Shown: piece after piece, positions 55,990 to 64,000 of the stretch | Layout of the letters: the number at the start of each line of letters is the position of its first letter | How positions within the stretch are numbered: position 1 is the first letter of the stretch | Virus record (IMG/VR): IMGVR_UViG_3300037067_016777 | Coordinates: 205,106-269,105 of that record | Direction: 5' to 3' (one strand) | DNA from: a virus | Lineage: Duplodnaviria; Caudoviricetes | DNA length: 64,000 nucleotides | Program-made: the position numbers and the translations under genes | The notes under the pieces: generated by a model | Databases searched by the model: none | The model's input: the letters and a program-made list of their open reading frames with translations, nothing else | What the model was told of the DNA's origin: nothing

Positions 55990-56369
55990 CGAAGAAGGTA
56001 TTACCGCCAATCATCGCGTCTTTACTACTGCTTGTTGGTGTAACATTGATCGTTAAACCAGATTTAATTCCTCTTGGATCTGGGACACCAAGTAGAGCAG
56101 TTATTATTCGTGAAACAAGCACCGACAAACCATTATCCGAGGAGTGGGTTGAATTATTTACTGGTGCTGAAAAACTCGGCATTTCTGTTTGGGATAAGGA
56201 TGTGCTTGGGAAGGCTAAGAAACCTTCGGCTGAAGCGCAACCATTTCTTGATGCTGTTGGTGACAAACCACTTCCAATTTTAGCATTGCAGTGGCCTGGA
56301 GGTAAGATTACTACAATGCCGTGTCCACCCAAATTGGACGTACTTAAGAAAGCCGCAGGTAAATCATGA
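55986..56369 (+). CDS. Secreted or membrane-anchored hypothetical protein
   Basis: Signal-peptide-like N-terminus; ATGA overlaps at both ends. Confidence 0.6.
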   Translation: MTKKVLPPIIASLLLLVGVTLIVKPDLIPLGSGTPSRAVIIRETSTDKPLSEEWVELFTGAEKLGISVWDKDVLGKAKKPSAEAQPFLDAVGDKPLPILALQWPGGKITTMPCPPKLDVLKKAAGKS

Positions 56370-57130
56370 GCTTATATATCAACGACGACAATTTTCAAAC
56401 TGTTGTAGATGAAAGTGAAGCTGCTGGTTTTACCGCAGGCGCTCTTCCACGGCAGACTCAGATTGGTGATTTGGTGTGTGCACCAGTGTTTGCGGAGCAT
56501 GTTCCACTTATCCCAGAGAGTGAGTGGAAATCGAGAATTGAAGCGATGACTGCTTCTGGATCATTTATTGGGCAGCGATGGATTAGCGATACTAAAGCCG
56601 ACTTTCAAAATGGTCTTGGATTCTGTTGGGCATATAGCCTAGGCCAATCTTGCATGGCTGTTCGTGCATCGATGGGGCAGTCGTTTGTTCAACTGTCACC
56701 AGAATCACTTGCCGAATTAACTGGATATAGAAACGCTGGTTATTACTTAGATCGTGCAATTGAATATGCGTCAGCAAACGGTATTGCAACACGAGCTACT
56801 GTCCCACAACACAAAATCAGTCCATCACAATGGAACGCGACATATAAAGATGAACGACTAAATTATATGCCGCAAGAATGGTGGGATCTTGGTGGTAAAG
56901 ATGTCTGGGCTGAGACCATAACAGCTTTACTACAAGGTTGGGGATGTTACGTCGGCTACAACTGGTGGCGTCACGCTGTGTTTCTTGATATGCTGCGTGT
57001 CAATAACGGCAAGATCGAGGTCCATACTCCGAATTCTCATGGTCCAGGTAATGATGCGTGGCTTGCAGGATCGAAGGCCATCCCATCAATGGGTTCATTC
57101 GTACTTCGCGGTATGACCTTGGCTGGCTAA
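56366..57130 (+). CDS. Papain-like (C1) cysteine peptidase
   Basis: QNGLGFCWAYS (Gln/Cys), LSPESL, HAV (His), NSHG (Asn). Confidence 0.75.
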   Translation: MSLYINDDNFQTVVDESEAAGFTAGALPRQTQIGDLVCAPVFAEHVPLIPESEWKSRIEAMTASGSFIGQRWISDTKADFQNGLGFCWAYSLGQSCMAVRASMGQSFVQLSPESLAELTGYRNAGYYLDRAIEYASANGIATRATVPQHKISPSQWNATYKDERLNYMPQEWWDLGGKDVWAETITALLQGWGCYVGYNWWRHAVFLDMLRVNNGKIEVHTPNSHGPGNDAWLAGSKAIPSMGSFVLRGMTLAG

Positions 57131-57141
57131 GCTGAGGAATT

Positions 57142-58152
57142 ATGTCTAAGAAAGCACTGATAACTGGTATATCCGGTATGGATGGAGCTCATCTATGCGA
57201 GCTTCTTCTTTCTAAAGACTATGAAGTGCATGGATTGATACGTCGCTCCAGTAGCTTTAATACCGAACGCATTGAGTCTATGTATCAAGATCCGCACAAC
57301 AAGGATGCGCGGATGTTTTTGCACTACGGCGATATGGCGGACAGCTCATCATTGTCGTTTCTTATTAAAGAAGTGATGCCGGATGAATTGTACAATTTAG
57401 CAGCGCAGAGCCACGTACGTGTAAGCTTTGATATACCAGTTTACACTACGCAAACAATTGCCATGGGTACAATTAAGCTATTAGAAGCTATAAGATCAAC
57501 AAATAAGAACATTAGATTCTATCAAGCTTCCAGCAGTGAAATGTATGGTAAGGTTGTTGAGATACCGCAGACTGAGTCGACACCGTTCTATCCACGCAGC
57601 CCATACGGATGTGCTAAGGCATGTGCTTATTGGCAGACGGTTAATTATCGTGAAGCTTATGGAATATTCGCTTGTAACGGGATATTATTCAACCACGAAG
57701 GTCCTAAACGTGGTGAAACATTTGTTACTAGAAAAGTGACACGTGCAGCGGCACGTATTAAGCTTGGATTGCAAGATAAATTATTTCTTGGCAATTTAGA
57801 TGCAAAGAGAGATTGGGGGTATGCTGGCGATTATGTTGAGGCCATGTGGCTCATGCTGCAGCACACCGACCCCGGCGATTACGTAATTTCCGCAGGAGAG
57901 ACGCGATCAGTTCGAGAATTTGTTGAAGAGGCATTTGCATTACTCGATTTAGATTGGACTAAGTATGTCGAAATAGATCCACGATATTTTCGACCGACAG
58001 AGGTCGATTTATTGCTAGGTGACTCTTCGAAAGCAAGACAAGTGTTGGGATGGAAGCCCAAAGTTACTTTTAAGCAGCTAGTAAAAATGATGGTTGAGCA
58101 CGATATGGAACTAGCTGGGTCTGAAAAAATCTTGCGGGACTCCAAAATATGA
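57142..58152 (+). CDS. gmd: GDP-mannose 4,6-dehydratase
   Basis: [64 protein letters not shown]. Confidence 0.97.
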   Translation: MSKKALITGISGMDGAHLCELLLSKDYEVHGLIRRSSSFNTERIESMYQDPHNKDARMFLHYGDMADSSSLSFLIKEVMPDELYNLAAQSHVRVSFDIPVYTTQTIAMGTIKLLEAIRSTNKNIRFYQASSSEMYGKVVEIPQTESTPFYPRSPYGCAKACAYWQTVNYREAYGIFACNGILFNHEGPKRGETFVTRKVTRAAARIKLGLQDKLFLGNLDAKRDWGYAGDYVEAMWLMLQHTDPGDYVISAGETRSVREFVEEAFALLDLDWTKYVEIDPRYFRPTEVDLLLGDSSKARQVLGWKPKVTFKQLVKMMVEHDMELAGSEKILRDSKI

Positions 58153-58194
58153 TTGATTCATTTATTTCGTCAAATATACAGAAGAGACGAATGA

Positions 58195-59124
58195 ATGAAC
58201 GCACGCATTTCTTCGATTGTTGAACATCTTAATGTGATACAGAATGATAAGGGTTATGTGCGTCGATCTGATTTGGCGAGAGCGAGTGATATTAACCATA
58301 TAAATCGTTTTTATTCTGGTTTTGTTGATTTTTGTATATCTAATAATATAAAAACGAAACAAAGTAAACGGTTGAGTATAGAGACACAGCGCTCCCAGGT
58401 TATTGCTATTATTCAACAATTAAACAAATCGCTTAGGCGAACACCGCAAGTACGCGAGGTTCAGGCGGAGTTATTGAAAATAGGCAGACGTACAATAAAA
58501 TTAAACTTCAATAGGCTATTAGTTGAAGCTGGCTGCACAATTAATAGAACTACAGCAATAACCAGCGATGAGTGTATCGCGCGTCTTGGAGCATATCGTG
58601 ATGAACACGGATATTTGCCATATGCTCATGATTTGAAAATAGCAATTGGAATAGCACCAAATATCAAATTGATTACTGAAGAAGGTGGATATATATCATT
58701 TTTAGCTAAACACAGTCTAATAGATTTTGAATGTTATAATTTAGGCATAATTACACCAATCAGAACAGTTGGTATTGACGGGGTTATGTATGATTCTAAA
58801 TGTGAAGCTATGTTAGCTAATTTCCTATTGCAAAAACGTATACCATATATAGCACATTTAGGTGTTGGTATATATAATCACAAAACAAATCAGCTGACAG
58901 TTGATTTTCTGATAAAATATGACACACCATTAGCCTTAGAGATTGACGGGTTAGGTCTGATGCGAAGTGAAAAGTCTAAGGTAAATATGGCAGAGAAGAA
59001 AACACGGTGTTTAGAATATGGTTGGAAGTGGTTGGTAGTACCAAGAGATAAGGTGAGATACTTATGCAACAGACAAAATATGGAATATTGGGATCGACTG
59101 GTTTCGTCGGCTGTCATCTTATGA
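58195..59124 (+). CDS. Free-standing homing-endonuclease-like protein (helical repeats + PD-(D/E)XK domain) inserted between gmd and fcl
   Basis: DG..YDSKCEA.LANFL...VDFLI....ALEIDG; AT-rich relative to the flanking genes. Confidence 0.6.
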   Translation: MNARISSIVEHLNVIQNDKGYVRRSDLARASDINHINRFYSGFVDFCISNNIKTKQSKRLSIETQRSQVIAIIQQLNKSLRRTPQVREVQAELLKIGRRTIKLNFNRLLVEAGCTINRTTAITSDECIARLGAYRDEHGYLPYAHDLKIAIGIAPNIKLITEEGGYISFLAKHSLIDFECYNLGIITPIRTVGIDGVMYDSKCEAMLANFLLQKRIPYIAHLGVGIYNHKTNQLTVDFLIKYDTPLALEIDGLGLMRSEKSKVNMAEKKTRCLEYGWKWLVVPRDKVRYLCNRQNMEYWDRLVSSAVIL

Positions 59125-59993
59125 GGTTGCTCGAATCTATCGGGCAGCCAGCGATTGGTGGTAGTAGAAGTCTTGGAGTAGATGCACGCTCTATTAGCTC
59201 GCTGAGTAGTTGGATAATAGATAACAAGATCACACATATTATAAATCTAGCAGCTGAGTGCGGCGGTATAGGATTTAATATGACTAACCCTGCAGATCTG
59301 TGGCTAGCAACAACATCGATCACATCTGCTGTACTTGAAGCCGCCAGATTAACTAAGATATCTAAGCTGTGCTTAGTTGGAACAGTTTGTAGTTATGCTA
59401 GAGATTGTCCTGTGCCATTCTGTGAAGATTATTTGATGAATTATGGAAAACCAGAATCAACAAACGCTGCTTATGGAGTAGCAAAACTTAACGGACTTTT
59501 TGGGTTGCAGGCTTATCGGCAGCAATATGGCATGAATGGAATCTTCCTGTTGCCAGTCAATCTTTACGGCCCAGGCGACAATTTCGATCCAAAGAGTTCC
59601 CATGTCATTCCGGCTCTAATTCGCAAGTTTCAAGAAGCCAAAGACAAAGGCGAAGATCGAGTCGTTATGTGGGGAAGCGGTAAAGCGAGTCGCGAGTTCC
59701 TATATGTCGAAGACTGTGCTAGAGCACTTATGATGGCGACTAGATCGTACGATCATCCGGAGCCAGTGAATATTGGAGCAGGCTTCGAAATCACAATTTA
59801 CGATCTTGCCGTAAAAATCGCGAATCTCGTTGGTTTCGAAGGTGAGATTTTTCATGACCTTACGAAGCCGGACGGCCAGCCACGTAGATGCCTTAATGTG
59901 CAAAGGGCATGTACTGAGTTTGGGTTTAGTGCAGAAACACAGTTTGATGTCGGCTTGGAACGAACAGTCCAATGGTGGAACAGCCATAAATGA
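59064..59993 (+). CDS. fcl: GDP-L-fucose synthase
   Basis: GSTGFVG, LAA.CGGIG.N, YGVAK, PVNLYGPGDNF...SHVIPALIRKF, WGSGKASREFLYV.D, KPDGQPRR. Confidence 0.95.
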   Translation: MQQTKYGILGSTGFVGCHLMRLLESIGQPAIGGSRSLGVDARSISSLSSWIIDNKITHIINLAAECGGIGFNMTNPADLWLATTSITSAVLEAARLTKISKLCLVGTVCSYARDCPVPFCEDYLMNYGKPESTNAAYGVAKLNGLFGLQAYRQQYGMNGIFLLPVNLYGPGDNFDPKSSHVIPALIRKFQEAKDKGEDRVVMWGSGKASREFLYVEDCARALMMATRSYDHPEPVNIGAGFEITIYDLAVKIANLVGFEGEIFHDLTKPDGQPRRCLNVQRACTEFGFSAETQFDVGLERTVQWWNSHK

Positions 59994-60166
59994 ACCATTT
60001 TGTCGCGTGTTTCGCTGGTGCATTTCCAATTATCGGTAAGATATTTTGTATGTTTGGTTTTCATACGTGCAAAGATCCTAGACATTTATTTGAGAATTCA
60101 AATCCTGATTATTTTGACTGTTGTACGTGCGGTAGAACGATTGAGACTTACAATAAAAAACAATGA
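59990..60166 (+). CDS. 58-aa Cys/His Zn-binding-type phage protein (not in the ORF track)
   Basis: MNHF...IFCMFGFH...CCTCGR; ATGA overlaps with both fcl and the next ORF. Confidence 0.6.
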   Translation: MNHFVACFAGAFPIIGKIFCMFGFHTCKDPRHLFENSNPDYFDCCTCGRTIETYNKKQ

Positions 60167-60408
60167 ATGCAAGCCGCATAGTTTCGTGTGAAATAAAGAC
60201 AATAAATAAAAACGTGCGATGTATATGTGGAAAAGGGAATATGATTGGTACTGGTGCTGTTAGGCTGGTTGGTAATAGATATGAGCACCAACACCGTTGT
60301 GTGTTCTTTGACTCTGGATTCGATAAAATTGGTTGTGGAGCCGAAGAGTGGTTTTCACACAAATATCCTTTGCGTGAAGAGCGTGAGTTCCCGATTACTC
60401 CGGAGTAG
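60163..60408 (+). CDS. Small Cys-rich hypothetical protein
   Basis: CICGKG...HRC...CG; operon packing. Confidence 0.5.
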   Translation: MNASRIVSCEIKTINKNVRCICGKGNMIGTGAVRLVGNRYEHQHRCVFFDSGFDKIGCGAEEWFSHKYPLREEREFPITPE

Positions 60409-60416
60409 GAGTTACA

Positions 60417-60869
60417 ATGCAAAAATTATTACCAATCGCTGCCCTTATTGTTTTGCTCTTTGGTGTTTGGTTGATCACACACGCCGAAAGTAATACTACA
60501 ATTGAGCCTATTCCAGCGCCAGTTATAGAACCAATCAAGGTGAAACCGAGACCGATTATTGATAAACTTAAGCCTAAACCAAAGCCTGAACCGGCAAGGA
60601 TTAATGAACCGCCAGCACCTCCAGTTCCACAATCAGATAACTCAGATTGTGCAGGCACAAAATTAAAACAATACACACCAGTACCGGCAGGATGGAGCTA
60701 TACATCTGAACTTCCGAAGCCGTGTAAGTGCGATGGTGATAAATGCGATCAAAAACCAGCTGACAAATCTGTGGAGAGCAAGCCAGTTGTAGAGCCGAAT
60801 GTAGAGCAGGATTCTGTTAACCAAGATATTATAACAAAACCTATTCGCAAAAGATTATTAAGGAGATGA
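60417..60869 (+). CDS. Secreted or membrane-anchored Pro-rich protein
   Basis: SD AGGAG; N-terminal hydrophobic helix; PKPKPEP linker. Confidence 0.6.
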   Translation: MQKLLPIAALIVLLFGVWLITHAESNTTIEPIPAPVIEPIKVKPRPIIDKLKPKPKPEPARINEPPAPPVPQSDNSDCAGTKLKQYTPVPAGWSYTSELPKPCKCDGDKCDQKPADKSVESKPVVEPNVEQDSVNQDIITKPIRKRLLRR

Positions 60870-60873
60870 TGCT

Positions 60874-61257
60874 ATGTTCAATCTCCTTAATAATGGTGGT
60901 GATAAATCAGTCGAATATTGGGAAGGTTGGCAAGCTGTCGAACTTAAGAGGCAATGCACTTATATCGATCCGAAACAGCGCAAAGAATGGTCAAAAGGAT
61001 TCGCTGTTGGTGTGAAAGATATGCTTGGTGTTAAGAGGTGGTATAGAAGTAAGACTATAATCGCTGGTTTATCTCTTCTTAGTATTGGTGTCGGCCTTCT
61101 TATTTATGGATACTATTATGATGCTTCTGCAGTATTCGGTGCTGGTTCGGGTGTAACTGCCACCAGTATTTTGATGGCTGCATTGCGGCTAATTACAAAC
61201 ACCAACATAACAATTGGTGGTCCTGGTGGCGGACAATTCACTCCACCACCCCAGTGA
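60874..61257 (+). CDS. Membrane protein, holin-like C-terminal half
   Basis: KRWYRSKTI followed by two TM segments and LRLIT. Confidence 0.5.
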   Translation: MFNLLNNGGDKSVEYWEGWQAVELKRQCTYIDPKQRKEWSKGFAVGVKDMLGVKRWYRSKTIIAGLSLLSIGVGLLIYGYYYDASAVFGAGSGVTATSILMAALRLITNTNITIGGPGGGQFTPPPQ

Positions 61258-61477
61258 TATTTATCTTAATACCTAATTTACAAGTAGCTCTATCAGGACA
61301 TGTATATCCACAATATAATTCACGCATTAGCCAACCATATTTTTCGATAAAATCCGCAATTCCTTCATTTTCTCCAGGGATGGAATTATACCATTTGTGT
61401 TTTTCGAGATGTCGTTTTATTATCTCTATTTCACATTTTAGAAATTCAGCCAGATGATCGCATTGTTGGTCGGCCAT
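61238..61477 (-). CDS. Hypothetical protein
   Basis: SD GAGGAG upstream on the minus strand. Confidence 0.6.
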   Translation of the reverse strand: MADQQCDHLAEFLKCEIEIIKRHLEKHKWYNSIPGENEGIADFIEKYGWLMRELYCGYTCPDRATCKLGIKINITGVVE

Positions 61478-61567
61478 ATGGTTGCTCCTCTATTATATCT
61501 TTTAACAAACCTGCCGATAGCATAATATTATGAAATACAAGCTATCAATAGAAGTGTAAATAATAAT

Positions 61568-61771
61568 ATGAAAGCTAATGTATGGACTAGAGCGTGCCTC
61601 GACGAAGTCTGCGGATTTGAAAATGGAGGGTGTATCGAGAATGGCGATAAAGAGCCTCTGGAACCCTCTGGACCGTGTGTTATGTGCAAAGGGCCGACTA
61701 AATGGTTGCTTGTAGGATGCTTTAATGATACTAGGACAGAAGTACAGAATGATACTACTGGGCAAAAATAA
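61568..61771 (+). CDS. Small Cys-rich hypothetical protein
   Basis: C...CG...CVMC pattern; fills the gap. Confidence 0.4.
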   Translation: MKANVWTRACLDEVCGFENGGCIENGDKEPLEPSGPCVMCKGPTKWLLVGCFNDTRTEVQNDTTGQK

Positions 61772-61814
61772 TATCAGAACGACTAGTTCAAGTTAAACAG
61801 GAGTGTACTTCACA

Positions 61815-62504
61815 ATGGATAAGATCAAGCAGCTTTTGCAAAAATGTGGTTTGTCTTCTGAGGTTTCTGCTGAATTATGCGAAGCCATTGACAACCACGC
61901 AAATATGCTGAAGGAGCAGTCAGACACGGAATTCAAAACACGCCTTGACAAGGCAAAGAAGGTGTGTTTTGAGGAAGTTGAAGCCCACAAAGCAGAACTT
62001 TCTCGTCGACTCCAAATTTTCTTAGAAGCTAAGAACTCTACTATCGAAGAGCTCGTTACGCGGCAATCGGCCAATAAGGAAACTGAAGCTGTAGCCAAGC
62101 TCGAAAAAATTTATGCTCTCTTAGAGGGCATTGAGCTTAATGGCCAGTCAAACAGCGAACTTAGGACCGAAATCGAAAAGTTCAGAAAGCTCGCCGAGCA
62201 TCTCGTGGAAGAGCGCAATAAGGCAGTCTCTAAGGCAAAGCGTTGCATTGCTATCTCAGAACGCGTTCTTAAGCGCAATCGCGTTGTAGAAAGGGCTCTG
62301 ACCGAAAGCAAGGTAGCACCAGCTAGGACTGCTAGGATTGATGCCTCTCGTAGTGACAGCCAGCGCCAAACAACTCAACGCACTTTGAAAGAGAGCGTTG
62401 TGACGGCAGGACAGCCAGTTGCTAAGCGAACGGCACCAGCTGGAACCATGACACCTCCGCGCAGTCCTGATGACATTGCGGCTGGCATGGACGAAATGGT
62501 CTGA
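61815..62504 (+). CDS. Prohead core scaffold protein (T4 gp22-like)
   Basis: Coiled-coil protein immediately upstream of the major capsid gene; LKE and LTE motifs. Confidence 0.6.
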   Translation: MDKIKQLLQKCGLSSEVSAELCEAIDNHANMLKEQSDTEFKTRLDKAKKVCFEEVEAHKAELSRRLQIFLEAKNSTIEELVTRQSANKETEAVAKLEKIYALLEGIELNGQSNSELRTEIEKFRKLAEHLVEERNKAVSKAKRCIAISERVLKRNRVVERALTESKVAPARTARIDASRSDSQRQTTQRTLKESVVTAGQPVAKRTAPAGTMTPPRSPDDIAAGMDEMV

Positions 62505-62571
62505 ACAATTCGATAGTCCCGAGATGTAGTATCTTTGGGATGTAATCTCAACTAGAACAAGGAATTTCTCT

Positions 62572-64000
62572 ATGTTGGCTACACGCAACAACAAGAAGGC
62601 TCCTCAAGGACGCCACCTGACCGAATCACGTAATCGCCAGGCGATTACAGAAGCTACTGACCCGCATCAGGCTTCAGTCCTGTACGAGTCCGCCAAGAAC
62701 CCCATGGTTAAGCGGTGGGCTCCGGTCCTTAACAAATGCCGCGAAATCCGCCCTTCGAAGTTGGGCTTGATGTCGGCTTTGTTTGAGAACCAGCACAGGC
62801 ATATGAATCCTTCGGGACGCTCGCTGATCTTGGAAGATCAGACGACCACCGGCAACATTGCCGACTTTACCCGGTTTGCGTTGCCCTTGCTTCGCAAGAG
62901 CTTCCCCAAGCTGATCGCTGACAACCTCGTCGGCGTCCAGCCAATGAGCCAACCTGCTAGCTTGATCTTCTACATCCGCTACAAGTATGCTATGACCAAG
63001 GGCCAGACAATCGCTGGTACCCAGATCATGCGTCAGAATACCAGCCAGGCTTATGCCAAGCAGAACGGCTGGGCGTTGGACCCGTACTACTCTTCGCAAG
63101 AAGTGCACGGTGAAGACGCGACCATTCAGCCCGGTGGAATGGTCATCACGCAGACTCTCGCCCATCGCCCGGTCCTCGCTGGAACGGTCATGGTCGAAGT
63201 ATACGACAATTTGGCCGCTGCTGGCCCGAATTGCGACAATCCAGTACCTTGCCTTCGCGTTAGCTTCGATTCGGCTGGTCTTCCTGACGTTGTGGTCGTT
63301 GGTGACTGCAGCGGTACAATGGGGACCATTAGCGTCGACACCACGACCCCTGGGGCCACGGTGTTCAGCCATACGACAGGTGCGGTGCAGGTCACAATGG
63401 GTGGTGGCCTTCCTTTGCCAGCCGACGCCATCGCTCGTGTGAACTACGAGTACGACCTCGAAGCCAACCCCTTCCAGCCAGAAGTCACCTTGAGCATCGA
63501 CAGTGACAGCGTTGCCGCCGTCACCCGCAAGCTCAAGACATCTTGGTCGCTGGAAGCCGCTCAAGATCTCAAGTCGGTGCACAACATCGACGCCGAGAGC
63601 ACCTTGACGGACCTGATGGCCGATGAGATGGTTGCGGAAATCGACCGCGAAATCATCAACGACCTCATCATCGCCGCTGCGATTCGTGCTACGCACAACT
63701 TCGCCACAGCAGCCGGGGCTTCGGTGAACTTCACGGATCGCAACATCGCCTTGCTGTACAAGGTCTTGGAAGTTGCGAACATCATCCACAGAACCACATT
63801 GCGTGGTCCTGCCAACTGGATGGTGACATCCGCCGACATCAGCTCGAAGTTCGAGCAACTGAACGACTTCCGTTCGTCAGACGCTTTTGTCCAAGAAGGT
63901 GTGGACATCGGCATCATGAACGCGGGAACCATTCAGGGCAAGCTGCGGTTGTACAAGGACCCGCTCTTCCCGAACTGCAAGATTCTCTTGGGCTTCAAGG
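62572..64000 (+). CDS. gp23: Major capsid protein (T4 gp23-like), 3'-truncated by the window edge; missing from the ORF track
   Basis: Manual translation: KRWAPVL, LFENQ, LVGVQPMSQPASLIFYIRY, TRKLKTSWSLEAAQDLKSVHNIDAE, AEIDREII, IHRTTLRGPANWMVTS. Confidence 0.95.
   Translation, partial: MLATRNNKKAPQGRHLTESRNRQAITEATDPHQASVLYESAKNPMVKRWAPVLNKCREIRPSKLGLMSALFENQHRHMNPSGRSLILEDQTTTGNIADFTRFALPLLRKSFPKLIADNLVGVQPMSQPASLIFYIRYKYAMTKGQTIAGTQIMRQNTSQAYAKQNGWALDPYYSSQEVHGEDATIQPGGMVITQTLAHRPVLAGTVMVEVYDNLAAAGPNCDNPVPCLRVSFDSAGLPDVVVVGDCSGTMGTISVDTTTPGATVFSHTTGAVQVTMGGGLPLPADAIARVNYEYDLEANPFQPEVTLSIDSDSVAAVTRKLKTSWSLEAAQDLKSVHNIDAESTLTDLMADEMVAEIDREIINDLIIAAAIRATHNFATAAGASVNFTDRNIALLYKVLEVANIIHRTTLRGPANWMVTSADISSKFEQLNDFRSSDAFVQEGVDIGIMNAGTIQGKLRLYKDPLFPNCKILLGFK

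Noticed and set aside
62674-63858. 394-aa minus-strand ORF
   Set aside because: Antisense shadow of the codon-biased major capsid gene; no recognisable motifs.
1-64000. Stop-codon reassignment, as seen in some large phages
   Set aside because: Conserved genes are full length under the standard code and all three stops end genes. The in-frame TAG at 7446 is in a fragment that also has frameshifts.
1-64000. tRNA, rRNA or self-splicing intron
   Set aside because: None recognised by eye; intergenic gaps are short and conserved genes are interrupted only by inteins. A covariance-model scan was not possible.
1-64000. Apparent abundance of ATCGAT/TCGA as a methyltransferase target signature
   Set aside because: Not counted, and it could simply reflect Ile-Asp codon pairs; it needs a Markov-corrected k-mer analysis.

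Overview
This window is part of a large T4-like (myovirus) phage genome read with the standard genetic code. It holds most of the virion modules. The tail and baseplate genes include neck and tail terminator, sheath, three tube paralogues, a tail chaperone, tape measure and baseplate proteins. The head genes include terminase, portal, core/scaffold proteins and a gp23-type major capsid gene that runs off the right edge. Interspersed are a primase, an intein-containing class II ribonucleotide reductase, an intein-containing UvsW-like helicase, a gp55-like sigma factor, a candidate restriction-modification pair, GDP-fucose synthesis genes (gmd, fcl), two proteases and three free-standing homing-endonuclease-like genes. 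Dockerin and surface-protein domains, plus GC-rich codons in the capsid gene, suggest a Planctomycete-like host (inference). The main unusual observations are five. (1) An HNH nuclease gene ends in a tandemly duplicated, synonymously diverged copy of a tail-sheath peptide. (2) Two tail-tube paralogues apparently start at ATT behind a terminator. (3) A decayed second copy of an endonuclease/Mom-like fusion lies in the intergenic DNA before the sheath gene. (4) A ferritin-like multi-domain protein may be capsid cargo. (5) A fucose pathway co-occurs with a mucin-like virion protein. All family assignments come from motif recognition by eye; no searches were run.
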